Below are positions 9,597-19,463 of a stretch of DNA of 64,000 bases, piece after piece. Every line of letters begins with the position of its first letter. Within the stretch, counting starts at the first letter, position 1. A program made the translations under genes and the position numbers. This DNA comes from an uncultured Candidatus Saccharibacteria bacterium. GTDB taxonomy: Bacteria > Patescibacteriota > Saccharimonadia > Saccharimonadales > Saccharimonadaceae. The stretch is taken from contig CAUTXA010000001.1 in the NCBI GenBank assembly GCA_963542585.1, forward strand, positions 4,456-68,455, given 5' to 3'. The notes beneath the pieces are model-generated. The model saw only the letters and a list, made by a program, of their open reading frames with translations, ran no database searches and was not told the DNA's origin.

Positions 9597-9628
9597 CTTA
9601 GGAACAATAAGGAGAGGAAATATCGTAA

Positions 9629-10960
9629 ATGGGTGAATTTAACGCATCGTCCAATACTGCCAAGCATTCAGATCTGTCATCAAGTATATCAACAGACAAT
9701 CAAGCTATGCCAAAGTATATATCATACGACCAAGATGGGGCTAACTCCATACAGCCGGATCAGACTTCGACGAAAGAGAAATTAATCCATGCAGCTAAGA
9801 TAGCCAAGAAGATCGGTACTACTAGCTTCTTAGACTTAGGCATAGAAGCTGCTAGAGCAGTCAAGAATTCCGACAAAGAAAAATTTGCCAATAACTTCAG
9901 AAATGGTATGAGTGAAGCGACCGACAAAGCCGGCGAAGTCGCTAACTCAGTCAAAGAGAATGCTAAAGATGTAGCTGATAAGTTCAACAGTCTAGATAGC
10001 TCAACTAAGAAGAAAATTATCGGTGGGGTAGTTTCAGCAGTACTAGCTATCAGCTTACTCAGTGGAGCCTGTAGTAAGGATGCTAAAAATAATGTCAGCA
10101 GTAACTATTATCCAGCTAACTCAATTAGTAGCACTCAGACTAATAATTCTCAGAACACAACTACAACAACCAATCGCTCTACTATAGCAGAAGAAACCAA
10201 GAAAACTGACCCGAATATGAACGTCGAGACTGCTGACAGCGAACATGACGGCAAGATTAGTTACACACTCTATGAATATGATTCCTACGATATTAATGAT
10301 TACGTCTCATGCGGAGAATATACCTCGCAAGTTAAGTACACCAGTGATGATACTGTCGACGAACGCAAAGAAGCTTCAATGAATGACCTAATAGAGCTCA
10401 TAGCTAAACGAAATGAGAAAAATCCAACCGGCACTAAATTCGAGTCAATTGGCGATGTATTTGCCCGGGAAGAAGATTACCATGGTCGCAATGCTCTAGT
10501 GGATATGATTAAGAAGTACGGTGGATATAATAATACCGTATTTCAGAAAGTTAATGTTGCGCAAAACGATACAGGTTATAGAATATCTCATACAGGCCGA
10601 TATCACTATGAGGAGCTATCTAAAGTTGATCCTAATATCGTTGATGGTGTCTTGCAAATCACCATTTCTAACCCAAACTACGATAACTTTGAATCAGAAG
10701 AATTCGGTGGTCAATATGTAATAGATATCCCCGGCCTGTTCAGTGGTGACGAGAATAGTAAAGATAATGGAGGCGGTCGCTTTTATAGTGGCAAAATAGT
10801 ATGTGACCATTTGCCAACTGAGAAAGAATTAATTCAGATTATCAAAGATAATTATGATGTAATATTCAAGACTGAAGACAGGCTCGGTAGGTTTAGTGAT
10901 ACGTTACGCATAAATCAAAGCACTATGAACACTATCAAGCACAAGAAGCAAAAACCATAA
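9629..10960 (+). CDS. Hypothetical membrane-anchored protein with internal TM/lipobox-like segment
   Basis: 443-aa ORF, SD AAGGAGAGG, KKKIIGGVVSAVLAISLLSGAC at about residues 127-148, then an S/T/N-rich linker. Confidence 0.75.
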   Translation: MGEFNASSNTAKHSDLSSSISTDNQAMPKYISYDQDGANSIQPDQTSTKEKLIHAAKIAKKIGTTSFLDLGIEAARAVKNSDKEKFANNFRNGMSEATDKAGEVANSVKENAKDVADKFNSLDSSTKKKIIGGVVSAVLAISLLSGACSKDAKNNVSSNYYPANSISSTQTNNSQNTTTTTNRSTIAEETKKTDPNMNVETADSEHDGKISYTLYEYDSYDINDYVSCGEYTSQVKYTSDDTVDERKEASMNDLIELIAKRNEKNPTGTKFESIGDVFAREEDYHGRNALVDMIKKYGGYNNTVFQKVNVAQNDTGYRISHTGRYHYEELSKVDPNIVDGVLQITISNPNYDNFESEEFGGQYVIDIPGLFSGDENSKDNGGGRFYSGKIVCDHLPTEKELIQIIKDNYDVIFKTEDRLGRFSDTLRINQSTMNTIKHKKQKP

Positions 10961-11212
10961 TAGATTATCCGAGAATATCACCAGATAAGCATAGGTCTCA
11001 TATTTTTAGTATAGTCTTAGTCTTGGTTGCATATTAAGACGATTAATAGATGTCATGTTTGTGTTTCATTACTTTTTAGGTTAGCTTTCGTTAAAAGCTA
11101 ATTAAGCAAGGATGTCCCAAAATATGGCATCTGTTTTCGTTATAAACATTCACTTTCAAGTAAGAGGCTTGGTAAAATTGACTTTACCCAGATTTTTTTA
11201 TAGATTATAAGC

Positions 11213-14113
11213 ATGAGAGAGATGAGGGGGCAAAAGAAAAATAATAGAGGATTGGTCTATAGAATGAGCAATGGACATCGTAGACTATCACGCTTTACTG
11301 TACTATTAGGTGTCCTCATAACGGTTATATCGTTTACATTTATACTGAGCCATAATAGTTTAGCAGCACCCAAGGCAGTTAACCCCGATGGGAAGAGCGG
11401 TGGCTCAAAAGCGATGAGCCAGAAAGACATTGAAGCAGCCGTTAACGCATATAAATCATATAGTCTGGTCAGGGCATGCGTTGATGAGTTTAATAGCTAT
11501 GGCGGGGATGACATCAGTCATTTTGATTCAATCGGATCTTTTGTACACACTTCCTCTAACTCATCAGGCTATGGCCCTAACCGTGTAAGTGCAGCTACGG
11601 TAAACTATATTGATGGCGATAATAAAGAAAATACGTGTACTAACGATAGTATTCAGTCGGCTGCTAAGTCAGCAGGTATTGACATAAATATAACAGACGA
11701 GCTTAATACACTAGCTTCTTCGAAAAATAGCAAGACGTTAAAGCTATCTGACGTTGCATCTCTCATTAAAGACAAAATCTTAAGTAAAATGAAATCAATC
11801 AGTAGTGATGCTGCACTATTTATGGTCTATAAAGATGCATTCACGAAGAGGTGTTCAAGTGGAGACTTCTACACTTCTACAGCAGACCCCGTCGATAAAG
11901 AAACGTGGAAATTTGAACAGGGTAGTACACTAAAAGCGAATAGTGATGGTAAGTATGATATAGGAACGGTCTATATCAACAAAAATACTGGCGGACCTCT
12001 AGATGAGCATAGAGGAGCGCCGTTCGTTTCAAAAGCACAAAAGGATAGTAAGGGTGAGACATGCGATTCACTCTATAACGGAATGAAAAAGACCTTTCCC
12101 GCATACGTTAATGCTATCAACGCCAGCGTAGAAGAGACTGGCGACAAAGCACAAGATCAGAATGCAGACAGTGGTGATGGTAGCGAAGGGGATGACGAGA
12201 AGGATAAGTGTAATGCCGGTTTCTTTGGCTTTGGCTTCTTGCTTTGTCCCGGTCAGAACTTATTGAATCTTATCATCGACTTTCTATACGGAATCATAGA
12301 AAATATTCTCGACTGGAGATTACTCGAGACTAGCGGTAGTCAAATAAAGTCTTACTGGGAAAAATTTCTTAGCATAGCTAATATCATCCTAGTCATAGCC
12401 TTCCTAATCATTATCTATTCCACAGCTACTTCAGACGGACTCAGCAACTACGATGTTAAAAAGATGTTACCTCGGATAGTCATCCTGGCTATAGTTATTA
12501 ATATCTCATTTTATGTTTGTGCTGCCATAGTTGATCTATGTAATATCGCTGGGCGAGGTGTAATGGCACTACTCATTAGCACAAGTCCTGGTGGCGAAGG
12601 TTTGGGACTTGGCGAAAAGATAGGTACTGTTGTTTCTAACGTAGCCACAGGAGTAGCAGGCGGAATAGCTGGCGTTGTGGCTGGGGTTATACTCTTTGTC
12701 TCTATCGGACCACCAGCTGTATTAGCCTTGATAGTTATCATTCTAGCCTTAATATTCAGAGGAGTAGCTCTAACTATGATGGTAATCATCTCTCCTATAG
12801 CTATCGCTCTATACTTATTCCCTAGTGCTGCTATGAATAAATGGCATGTGAAATGGCGAGACGCTTTCATCAAAATGCTTCTGGTCTACCCTATGTTTAT
12901 GGCAGTATGGGGTGGTAGTAAATTAATTTCTAGTGTTACCGCTAGTACACAGAACCCTATTATCGGTTTCATCACCAGCCTAATATGTACCATAGCGCCA
13001 GCCGTAGCTATCATTCCACTATTTAAGATGTCGGGTGATGTCATGGGTAAAGCAACTGCCGCCATAGCCGGCAGTAAGCTAGCTAATAGTGCCGCTACAG
13101 GTATCCACGGTGCAGTATCAAAGAGTCGTCCAATGCGACATGCTAGTAATATTATGCCTAATGCCCTCCAGGCCGCCCAGAATCGCTTTGGTGATACACC
13201 GTTGATTGGTGGCGTACTTCGTTCGGATGGAGTAAATAAAGCTATTTCGGCAGCTGATAAACAGTACAATGAACTGGATAAACAAGCTATGGAGAATGCT
13301 AATGATAAGATATCCAGGATGAATAGTGGTCAGTTACAAGAAGCATTCCTAGGTGGTACAGTTGATGGCAACCAGATCACCGACACCCATACCATGCGAG
13401 CCATTATCGCTAAGCAGGCGCCTAATGCCACCATGGAACAAGCTCAACAGTCGATGCAATCAGTCAACGCTCGGGCTAACTGGCTACAAGAGCATGGTCG
13501 AGAGCGAGAGGCAAATGAGCTACGTCGCTCTTATGCCGACGCCATGATTGAGAACGGTAAATCGGGAATTAGCGCCGCCACTCTCAATAACTGGGCAGAT
13601 ACCGGCTGGAATAATGACCAGTTTAATGCTAACTATACTGACGCTATAGCAAACTATGCCTCCGGGATGTCAGCACAAACAGTATCTAACACTAGTTCCG
13701 CCAATATGCAACATATACAAGATACTCTCAATAATGCAGCTGCCAATGGTGGTAATGCTGCAACTGCTGATACAGCCAGGAGGAATCTTGCGACCCAGTC
13801 TAATACCGCATTAAACAATCCCGATCTGTCATCTAATATGAGCAGTACTACCAGAGAAACACTACGTGAAAATGCTATGTTCCGTAGTAACGCTGGACAA
13901 AATCTAGCCAATAGGCTGGGGCTAGATGATATTTATCATAATGCTAATTCTGGAGGTGCCGCTAGAGTCAACGCTATGGCACGAGCTAGAATGATCAGCG
14001 AAGACGACCTCAGTAGATTGGATCAGATTGACCGTAATAGACTACGCTCCGTGCTAACTGTTAATAGAACAGAACCAATCCCGGTAGCTAGATGGGAAAG
14101 GCCTAGGACTTAG
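11213..14113 (+). CDS. VirB6/TrbL-like large polytopic T4SS membrane protein
   Basis: N-terminal extracellular Cys-containing domain; central W..FLSIANI..F..IIYS...NYDVKKMLPRI...INISF..C...VD.CN and later TM helices; long N/A-rich tail. Located near the pilin array. Confidence 0.75.
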   Translation: MREMRGQKKNNRGLVYRMSNGHRRLSRFTVLLGVLITVISFTFILSHNSLAAPKAVNPDGKSGGSKAMSQKDIEAAVNAYKSYSLVRACVDEFNSYGGDDISHFDSIGSFVHTSSNSSGYGPNRVSAATVNYIDGDNKENTCTNDSIQSAAKSAGIDINITDELNTLASSKNSKTLKLSDVASLIKDKILSKMKSISSDAALFMVYKDAFTKRCSSGDFYTSTADPVDKETWKFEQGSTLKANSDGKYDIGTVYINKNTGGPLDEHRGAPFVSKAQKDSKGETCDSLYNGMKKTFPAYVNAINASVEETGDKAQDQNADSGDGSEGDDEKDKCNAGFFGFGFLLCPGQNLLNLIIDFLYGIIENILDWRLLETSGSQIKSYWEKFLSIANIILVIAFLIIIYSTATSDGLSNYDVKKMLPRIVILAIVINISFYVCAAIVDLCNIAGRGVMALLISTSPGGEGLGLGEKIGTVVSNVATGVAGGIAGVVAGVILFVSIGPPAVLALIVIILALIFRGVALTMMVIISPIAIALYLFPSAAMNKWHVKWRDAFIKMLLVYPMFMAVWGGSKLISSVTASTQNPIIGFITSLICTIAPAVAIIPLFKMSGDVMGKATAAIAGSKLANSAATGIHGAVSKSRPMRHASNIMPNALQAAQNRFGDTPLIGGVLRSDGVNKAISAADKQYNELDKQAMENANDKISRMNSGQLQEAFLGGTVDGNQITDTHTMRAIIAKQAPNATMEQAQQSMQSVNARANWLQEHGREREANELRRSYADAMIENGKSGISAATLNNWADTGWNNDQFNANYTDAIANYASGMSAQTVSNTSSANMQHIQDTLNNAAANGGNAATADTARRNLATQSNTALNNPDLSSNMSSTTRETLRENAMFRSNAGQNLANRLGLDDIYHNANSGGAARVNAMARARMISEDDLSRLDQIDRNRLRSVLTVNRTEPIPVARWERPRT

Positions 14114-14779
14114 ATGCCTGACAAGCGTAAACTATACCTGATAGCCGCAGTGGCGATGGTGGTGATCATGGTTATCATCATAGCCACAGTGCTGGGTGGT
14201 AATAAACGAGACCAAGCTAATATCAGAGGCGGTAGCACTAACACTATCCGTGGTACTGGTGGTACTGGTGGTACTGGTACTACTAGTACAAATGGCGGTA
14301 CCGGCGGTAGTTCCTCCAGTTCATCTCGCTCCGGCTCCCGTTCCGGCTCATCCAGCACTTCAAGTAGCCGTAGCAGTAATAGCAACGAGATCGCCCCCGA
14401 GGACTACCCGGTTAAGAGGCTTGACCAAGTCGCTCAGAATCTACCCAGGGAAGAAATACTAAACATTCAGCGTCAGATCGGCTACACCCTCAGGCTTAAT
14501 AAGGTGTCAGGCGATCACGGCGATATTGTCATCCGCAAGAATAGCTATCGTCAGACCATGACTAACGCCGACAAGCTGATCTACCAGACGGACTTCATCA
14601 TCGACTTACCTAAGGTCAAGCAGTCTTACCAAGTAAAAGACAGCTACTCACCTCTACCCGCTGAGACTTCAGGACTATACGACTATACTACACTGATCCT
14701 CTGCCTCGATAAGTCACAGCTAATCTATGGTGACTTCAGCTGTAACGACCGGATCAAGAGCGAGCAGCGAGGCTACTAG
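14114..14779 (+). CDS. Membrane-anchored hypothetical protein with G/T/S-rich linker
   Basis: Abuts the virB6-like stop; N-terminal TM helix; GGTACTGGT x3 repeat. Confidence 0.75.
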   Translation: MPDKRKLYLIAAVAMVVIMVIIIATVLGGNKRDQANIRGGSTNTIRGTGGTGGTGTTSTNGGTGGSSSSSSRSGSRSGSSSTSSSRSSNSNEIAPEDYPVKRLDQVAQNLPREEILNIQRQIGYTLRLNKVSGDHGDIVIRKNSYRQTMTNADKLIYQTDFIIDLPKVKQSYQVKDSYSPLPAETSGLYDYTTLILCLDKSQLIYGDFSCNDRIKSEQRGY

Positions 14780-14807
14780 CTAGTCACCGAATAATCATAA
14801 GCTCTTT

Positions 14808-14834
14808 CTGGCACTCTAGGCTTGCAAGTGCTAA
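14808..14834 (+). promoter_or_regulatory. CIRCE element (HrcA operator) overlapping the groESL -35
   Basis: CTGGCACTC-N9-AAGTGCTAA versus consensus TTAGCACTC-N9-GAGTGCTAA; promoter TTGCAA(14822)-17-TATATT(14845). Confidence 0.85.
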
Positions 14835-14883
14835 CTATCTGCGCTATATTAACTGTATCGGTCAATATGATAAGGAGGAGTAA

Positions 14884-15159
14884 ATGAGTAATGTTCCACT
14901 TCGTCCATTAGCTGATCGCTTAGTCGCTATGCGGGAAGAAGCCGCCACTAAGACAGCTACCGGACTATACCTACCAGCTGACACTAAAGAAAAATCGCAG
15001 ATCGCTAAGGTAGTAGCAGTCGGTCAGGGCGTCAAGGAAATTAAGACAGGAGAGCGAATCGTAGTGCGAGAATACTCGACTAGTGATGTCAAGGTAGATG
15101 GAGTCGAGTACCTGATCGTCAAAGAAGAAGATGTCCTGGCAATAGTAAAGGAGAAATAA
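14884..15159 (+). CDS. groES: Co-chaperonin GroES
   Basis: LRPLADR, TATGLYLP, VVAVGQG, EYLIVKEEDVLAIV. Confidence 0.97.
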   Translation: MSNVPLRPLADRLVAMREEAATKTATGLYLPADTKEKSQIAKVVAVGQGVKEIKTGERIVVREYSTSDVKVDGVEYLIVKEEDVLAIVKEK

Positions 15160-16785
15160 ATGGCAAAGCAAGTATTCTATGGTGATGAAGCGAGAGAGAA
15201 AGTCCTCGCCGGTGCTAAGACCTTAGCCGATGCAGTCAAGACTACAATGGGGCCGAAAGGGCGTAATGTAGTCATCAGTAAGTCCTACGGCGGACCGAAT
15301 GTCACCCATGATGGTGTCACCGTCGCCGAGGCGATCGACCTACCGGAAAATGAGGATAATCTGGGTGAGAAGGTTGGTGCCGAGCTGATCAAACAAGCAG
15401 CCAAGAAGATGAACAAGGCGGCCGGTGATGGCACCACCACCGTGACCGTCCTTACCTATGAGATCTTAAAAGAGGCTAATCGGCTGATCGCCGCCGGACA
15501 TAATCCAATGGAGCTACGCAAGGGTGTCGAAAAGGCCGGTGCTCAGGTACTAAGTGAGCTTAATAAGATCGCCGAGCCGGTCGATGGTAAGAACGACCTC
15601 ATCACTGAAGTGGCCAGTATTAGCGCCGGTGACACTGAGATCGGCAAGCTGATCGCCAGTGTTATCTCTCGTATCGGTAAAGATGGGGTAGTCAGTGTTG
15701 AGGCCGGTCAAGGTCTAGCTATGGAGTCGGAAATCACCGAAGGTTTTACCTTTGATCGAGGCTATGTTTCTGCCTATATGGCGACTGATACCAATAGAAT
15801 GGAAGCCGTCTATGACAAGCCGGCCATCATCATCACCGACAAGAAGATTAGCTCGGCTCAAGAAATGCTTCCTCTGATGGAAAAACTGGTTGCCTCCGGC
15901 AAGAAAGACATCGTGCTAATCGCCGAAGATGTCGAGGGTGAAGCACTGGGTATCCTTATCCTTAACCGCCTCAAGGGTGCTCTCAATACCGTCGCCGTTA
16001 AGGCGCCGTCCTTTGGCGATCGGCGCAAGGAAGTCTTGCAAGATATCGCCACATTAACCGGAGCTAGCGTCATTACTTCCGATCAAGGCATGACCTTTGA
16101 TAACGTCGGTCTGGAAGTGGTCGGCTCAGCCCGTAAGGTGATTGTCGCTAAGGATAATACTACGATCATCGAAGGAGCCGGTGATAAGACTACCATTAGC
16201 CAGCGCATCGACCAGATCAAGACCCAGGCTGGCGTCGCTACCTCAGATTATGATCGAGAGCAGCTGGATAAGCGAGCTGCTGCCCTCAGTGGTAAAGTCG
16301 CCGTGATTAAGGTCGGCGGGGCAACCGAGACTGAGATCGACGAGAAGAAATATCGGGTAGATGACGCCGTAGCAGCCGTCAAGGCGGCCCTGCTAGAGGG
16401 AATAGTGCCGGGCGGTGGAGTAACCCCGATCAACTTAACTAGTAAGATTACCGGTGATAGTGCCGGGGCGGAGATCATGCGTAATGCTCTACTAATGCCC
16501 TTTAAACAGCTAGCTACTAACGCCGGCCTAAACGCCGAGGCACTCTTAGCTCAAGTGCAAGAGGCTAAGCCCGGCTATGGTGTAGATGTAGCGAACTACC
16601 AAGGCAAGCTGATCGATCTAAAGAAAGCCGGAGTGGTCGACCCGGCGATGGTTACTTACCAAGCAATCCAGAACGCCGTCTCGATCGCCAGTACCGCCAT
16701 GACTATGGGAGCGCTGGTAGTAGATATCCCCGAGAAGCCGACTGCCGAAACAGCCGGTAATCCCGGTATGGGAATGGGCTACTAG
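15160..16785 (+). CDS. groEL: Chaperonin GroEL
   Basis: TMGPKGRNV, AGDGTTT, KAPSFGDRRK, EGIVPGGG, GMGMG tail. Confidence 0.99.
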   Translation: MAKQVFYGDEAREKVLAGAKTLADAVKTTMGPKGRNVVISKSYGGPNVTHDGVTVAEAIDLPENEDNLGEKVGAELIKQAAKKMNKAAGDGTTTVTVLTYEILKEANRLIAAGHNPMELRKGVEKAGAQVLSELNKIAEPVDGKNDLITEVASISAGDTEIGKLIASVISRIGKDGVVSVEAGQGLAMESEITEGFTFDRGYVSAYMATDTNRMEAVYDKPAIIITDKKISSAQEMLPLMEKLVASGKKDIVLIAEDVEGEALGILILNRLKGALNTVAVKAPSFGDRRKEVLQDIATLTGASVITSDQGMTFDNVGLEVVGSARKVIVAKDNTTIIEGAGDKTTISQRIDQIKTQAGVATSDYDREQLDKRAAALSGKVAVIKVGGATETEIDEKKYRVDDAVAAVKAALLEGIVPGGGVTPINLTSKITGDSAGAEIMRNALLMPFKQLATNAGLNAEALLAQVQEAKPGYGVDVANYQGKLIDLKKAGVVDPAMVTYQAIQNAVSIASTAMTMGALVVDIPEKPTAETAGNPGMGMGY

Positions 16786-16813
16786 ATTAACTAGTCAGTA
16801 CGTTCTCTACGCT

Positions 16814-16842
16814 ATATAGCCCGAGTCACACTTGGGCTATAT
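16814..16842. terminator. Hairpin terminator after groEL
   Basis: ATATAGCCCGAGT-cac-ACTTGGGCTATAT. Confidence 0.7.
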
Positions 16843-16872
16843 TAATTTAAGCTAAGTCTCAGGGGGGTAGAA

Positions 16873-17415
16873 CTAGCCCCTTTTCTGAGTGAAGAAATCG
16901 ATCTCTTTTAAGATATCCAGGAGTGCCTGGGCTCTCTTCACTTCATCGGGGATCGCCATAGCAGTCTGATGTGCCATCGGGATAAGCGAACTATCGTCAA
17001 TCGTCCGAATTAGCAGTAGGAGAGTATCAAACTTATCAGCCGGTGCTAAGAAATCCAGCCTATTTACCAGTGGCCGTAACTCTGAGATAACTTGCAGACG
17101 AATATCGCCAAGCGCTCCGTTATCGACATTATGACCCAGCGGATTAACATTCGGTGGAGTAGTAGGAGTAGGCTCCGACTTCGCCTTAGTCGGCTTAGCG
17201 GGCTGAGCTAAGACATCGGTCAAGATAGGGTCAGCGGGCTGAGTCGGAGCGGATTTACCGGTTGGTTTAGCCGGAGCAGCCGGAGTTGGTTTAGCTGGCT
17301 GAGCCGCCGGTTGGTTTACCGCTTGATTGGCCGGTGCACCAGTCTGCTGCTCCTGCCGCAGACTGGCGATCATCTTATTTAGCTCTTCATCATTAACACC
17401 CGATTGATTCTGCAT
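16873..17415 (-). CDS. Hypothetical protein with Pro/Ala-rich linker and helical C-terminal domain
   Basis: ORF with upstream TGCTATAAT and SD-like GGTGGGAG. Confidence 0.75.
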   Translation of the reverse strand: MQNQSGVNDEELNKMIASLRQEQQTGAPANQAVNQPAAQPAKPTPAAPAKPTGKSAPTQPADPILTDVLAQPAKPTKAKSEPTPTTPPNVNPLGHNVDNGALGDIRLQVISELRPLVNRLDFLAPADKFDTLLLLIRTIDDSSLIPMAHQTAMAIPDEVKRAQALLDILKEIDFFTQKRG

Positions 17416-17489
17416 ACTCCCACCTGTTTTTAGTTATAAAAGTAGTATAATTATAGCATAAGAGTCATAACAAACAAGGAAAGAGGTAT

Positions 17490-18542
17490 ATGAACCTAGA
17501 CAATATCGATCAGATCAAGCAAGCCGACCCGGAGCAAGCCCTGACCGTCATCAGTAATTCGGCCGATCAGCTCAGTTTTCAGCCTGAGCTGCACCACGAG
17601 GTAGGAGAACACAGCGAGGTTAGAAATATCATCATCAGTGGCATGGGCGGCTCATGCTTAGCCGGGCTAATCTGTCGGACCTGGCTGGATCATGATTATC
17701 AGCTCAGTGTGCCGCTGGAGGTAAGTCGAGACTATCAGCTACCCTCTTACACCGATAGTCACTCCTTGGTTATCTGTGTCAGTGTCAGCGGTAATACCGA
17801 AGAGACGATCAGTTCATTGACCGACGCTCAGAATAAAGGAGCGATGACGACCGTTATCACTAGCGGTGGTAAGTTGCTGGAGCTCGCTATAGCGCAGCAT
17901 CTACCATATATCCGGCTGGACAAGATCAGTCAGCCTCGCTATGGCGTACCGATGCACTTGCTGGCTATCACCGGCATCTTAGAGGCTTACCGGGTGATAG
18001 ATCATCAGCCGGTCACTCAACTGGTGAGCTCAGCTGAAGATGTCCGACAGTTCGCTCAGTCGTTGACTCCCGAGGTGGCTACTGAGCATAACCCGGCTAA
18101 GAAGCTAGCCCTTGATTGCGCCGGTAAAACCCCCTTGGTCTATACCAGCCACCTCTTTAGCCCCTTAGCCTACAAGTGGAAGACCAGCTTTAACGAAAAT
18201 GCTAAGAATATCATCTGGTGTAATGAGTTTCCTGAGTTCAATCATAATGAGTTCATCGGCTGGACTTCTCACCCGATCGATAAGCCTTTCTGTGTGATCA
18301 ATCTGAGGAGTAATCTTGATAATCCCAGGATCAATCGGCGGCTTGACCTAACTGACCGCCTCTTATCCGGTTTCCGCCCCCAAGCACACAACCTTGCTCT
18401 AGCAGGTCAGAGCTATATCGAGCAGGTACTTAATGGCGCCATCTTAGGTGATATGGCCAGTATCTACCTAGCCTTCCTTAACGGTGTTGACCCGACCCCG
18501 GTAGCACTGGTAGAGAAGTTTAAGCAGGAATTAGTTAAATAA
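17490..18542 (+). CDS. Bifunctional phosphoglucose/phosphomannose isomerase (SIS fold)
   Basis: GMGGS, SVSGNTEET, TSGGKL, QPR, WKTSFNENAK, PEFNHNE, VDPTPV. Confidence 0.93.
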   Translation: MNLDNIDQIKQADPEQALTVISNSADQLSFQPELHHEVGEHSEVRNIIISGMGGSCLAGLICRTWLDHDYQLSVPLEVSRDYQLPSYTDSHSLVICVSVSGNTEETISSLTDAQNKGAMTTVITSGGKLLELAIAQHLPYIRLDKISQPRYGVPMHLLAITGILEAYRVIDHQPVTQLVSSAEDVRQFAQSLTPEVATEHNPAKKLALDCAGKTPLVYTSHLFSPLAYKWKTSFNENAKNIIWCNEFPEFNHNEFIGWTSHPIDKPFCVINLRSNLDNPRINRRLDLTDRLLSGFRPQAHNLALAGQSYIEQVLNGAILGDMASIYLAFLNGVDPTPVALVEKFKQELVK

Positions 18543-19460
18543 GACTCGTACCGGACGAGACGAGCGAATCGCCACTATCTCTTTGACCGGACCGAGGTTG
18601 ATATTGTCACCGGAGATATTAGCGGTGATATCTACTCGGTTATCAGTGAACTTCAGCTCTTCCAGGTCAGTCAGGACACCCGGCAACTTAGCTGTCCAGA
18701 GACCGGCCATCAAGATCTTTTGTCCCAGATTTTTTCCCTTGGTCATAGCGTGATGAAAAAAGAACTCCGAACGAGCCAGCCTGATATCTTTAGGCAGACG
18801 TAAAACATTATGGGCGGCCGAAATGGTGAAAAAACCGATCGAATCATCCCGCATTAGTCGCCCGTCTCGGTAAAAATCAGGGAACTCCAGTCGGTCAATC
18901 CGACGAGATATTTTTCCTAACTGATTGAGCGGCAGGGAAGCAGCCGGTGATAAACGTCGAAGTGTCCGACGAGCTCGTCTGATCGGGGTCTGATTAAGAC
19001 AATCAACCAGGACGGTCGTCGCCCCGAAAGTGACATAAGAGGCCAGCGAGAAGGTGAGCCTTCCGTCTACTACGATATTGAGCGGATGGTAATCAACCAC
19101 CGACTGGTTAAGGATCGCCCGAGCCGAACGGTGACGACCATTAAAGGCTCGAGAGATATCATTGCCGTTACCTAACGGGATAGTACCGTAAACGATTGCT
19201 CGATTGGCCTGATAAACCGCCTGAAAAGTCACCTGGGCGATGCCGTCGCCTCCTGCCGCAATAACCAGGTCACCATTCAGCAGCTCCGGAGATAACCGCT
19301 CAATCACTTGGTGGTAGGGGATATTGTCCAGACAGACTTCCCGTAGCTCCCAGCCAAGCTCTTGACCGGTAGCGATCAGTCGATCACGTACCTGCTGATA
19401 GCGTTTCGCCTTAGTTGAGTGATGAGAGAAGACGACAACGATACGTTTGATACCATCCAT
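18531..19460 (-). CDS. Diacylglycerol/lipid kinase family protein (YegS/DgkB-like)
   Basis: IAAGGDG and IPLGNGNDI motifs. Confidence 0.75.
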   Translation of the reverse strand: MDGIKRIVVVFSHHSTKAKRYQQVRDRLIATGQELGWELREVCLDNIPYHQVIERLSPELLNGDLVIAAGGDGIAQVTFQAVYQANRAIVYGTIPLGNGNDISRAFNGRHRSARAILNQSVVDYHPLNIVVDGRLTFSLASYVTFGATTVLVDCLNQTPIRRARRTLRRLSPAASLPLNQLGKISRRIDRLEFPDFYRDGRLMRDDSIGFFTISAAHNVLRLPKDIRLARSEFFFHHAMTKGKNLGQKILMAGLWTAKLPGVLTDLEELKFTDNRVDITANISGDNINLGPVKEIVAIRSSRPVRVLFN

Positions 19461-19463
19461 AGC

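Noticed and set aside
11193..11199. T7 tract in the virB6-like promoter spacer as a phase-variation switch
   Set aside because: It is too short to be distinguished from chance in an AT-rich intergenic region.
14252..14281. GGTACTGGT tandem repeat
   Set aside because: It is an in-frame Gly-Thr-Gly linker with three copies; not a CRISPR array or contingency locus.
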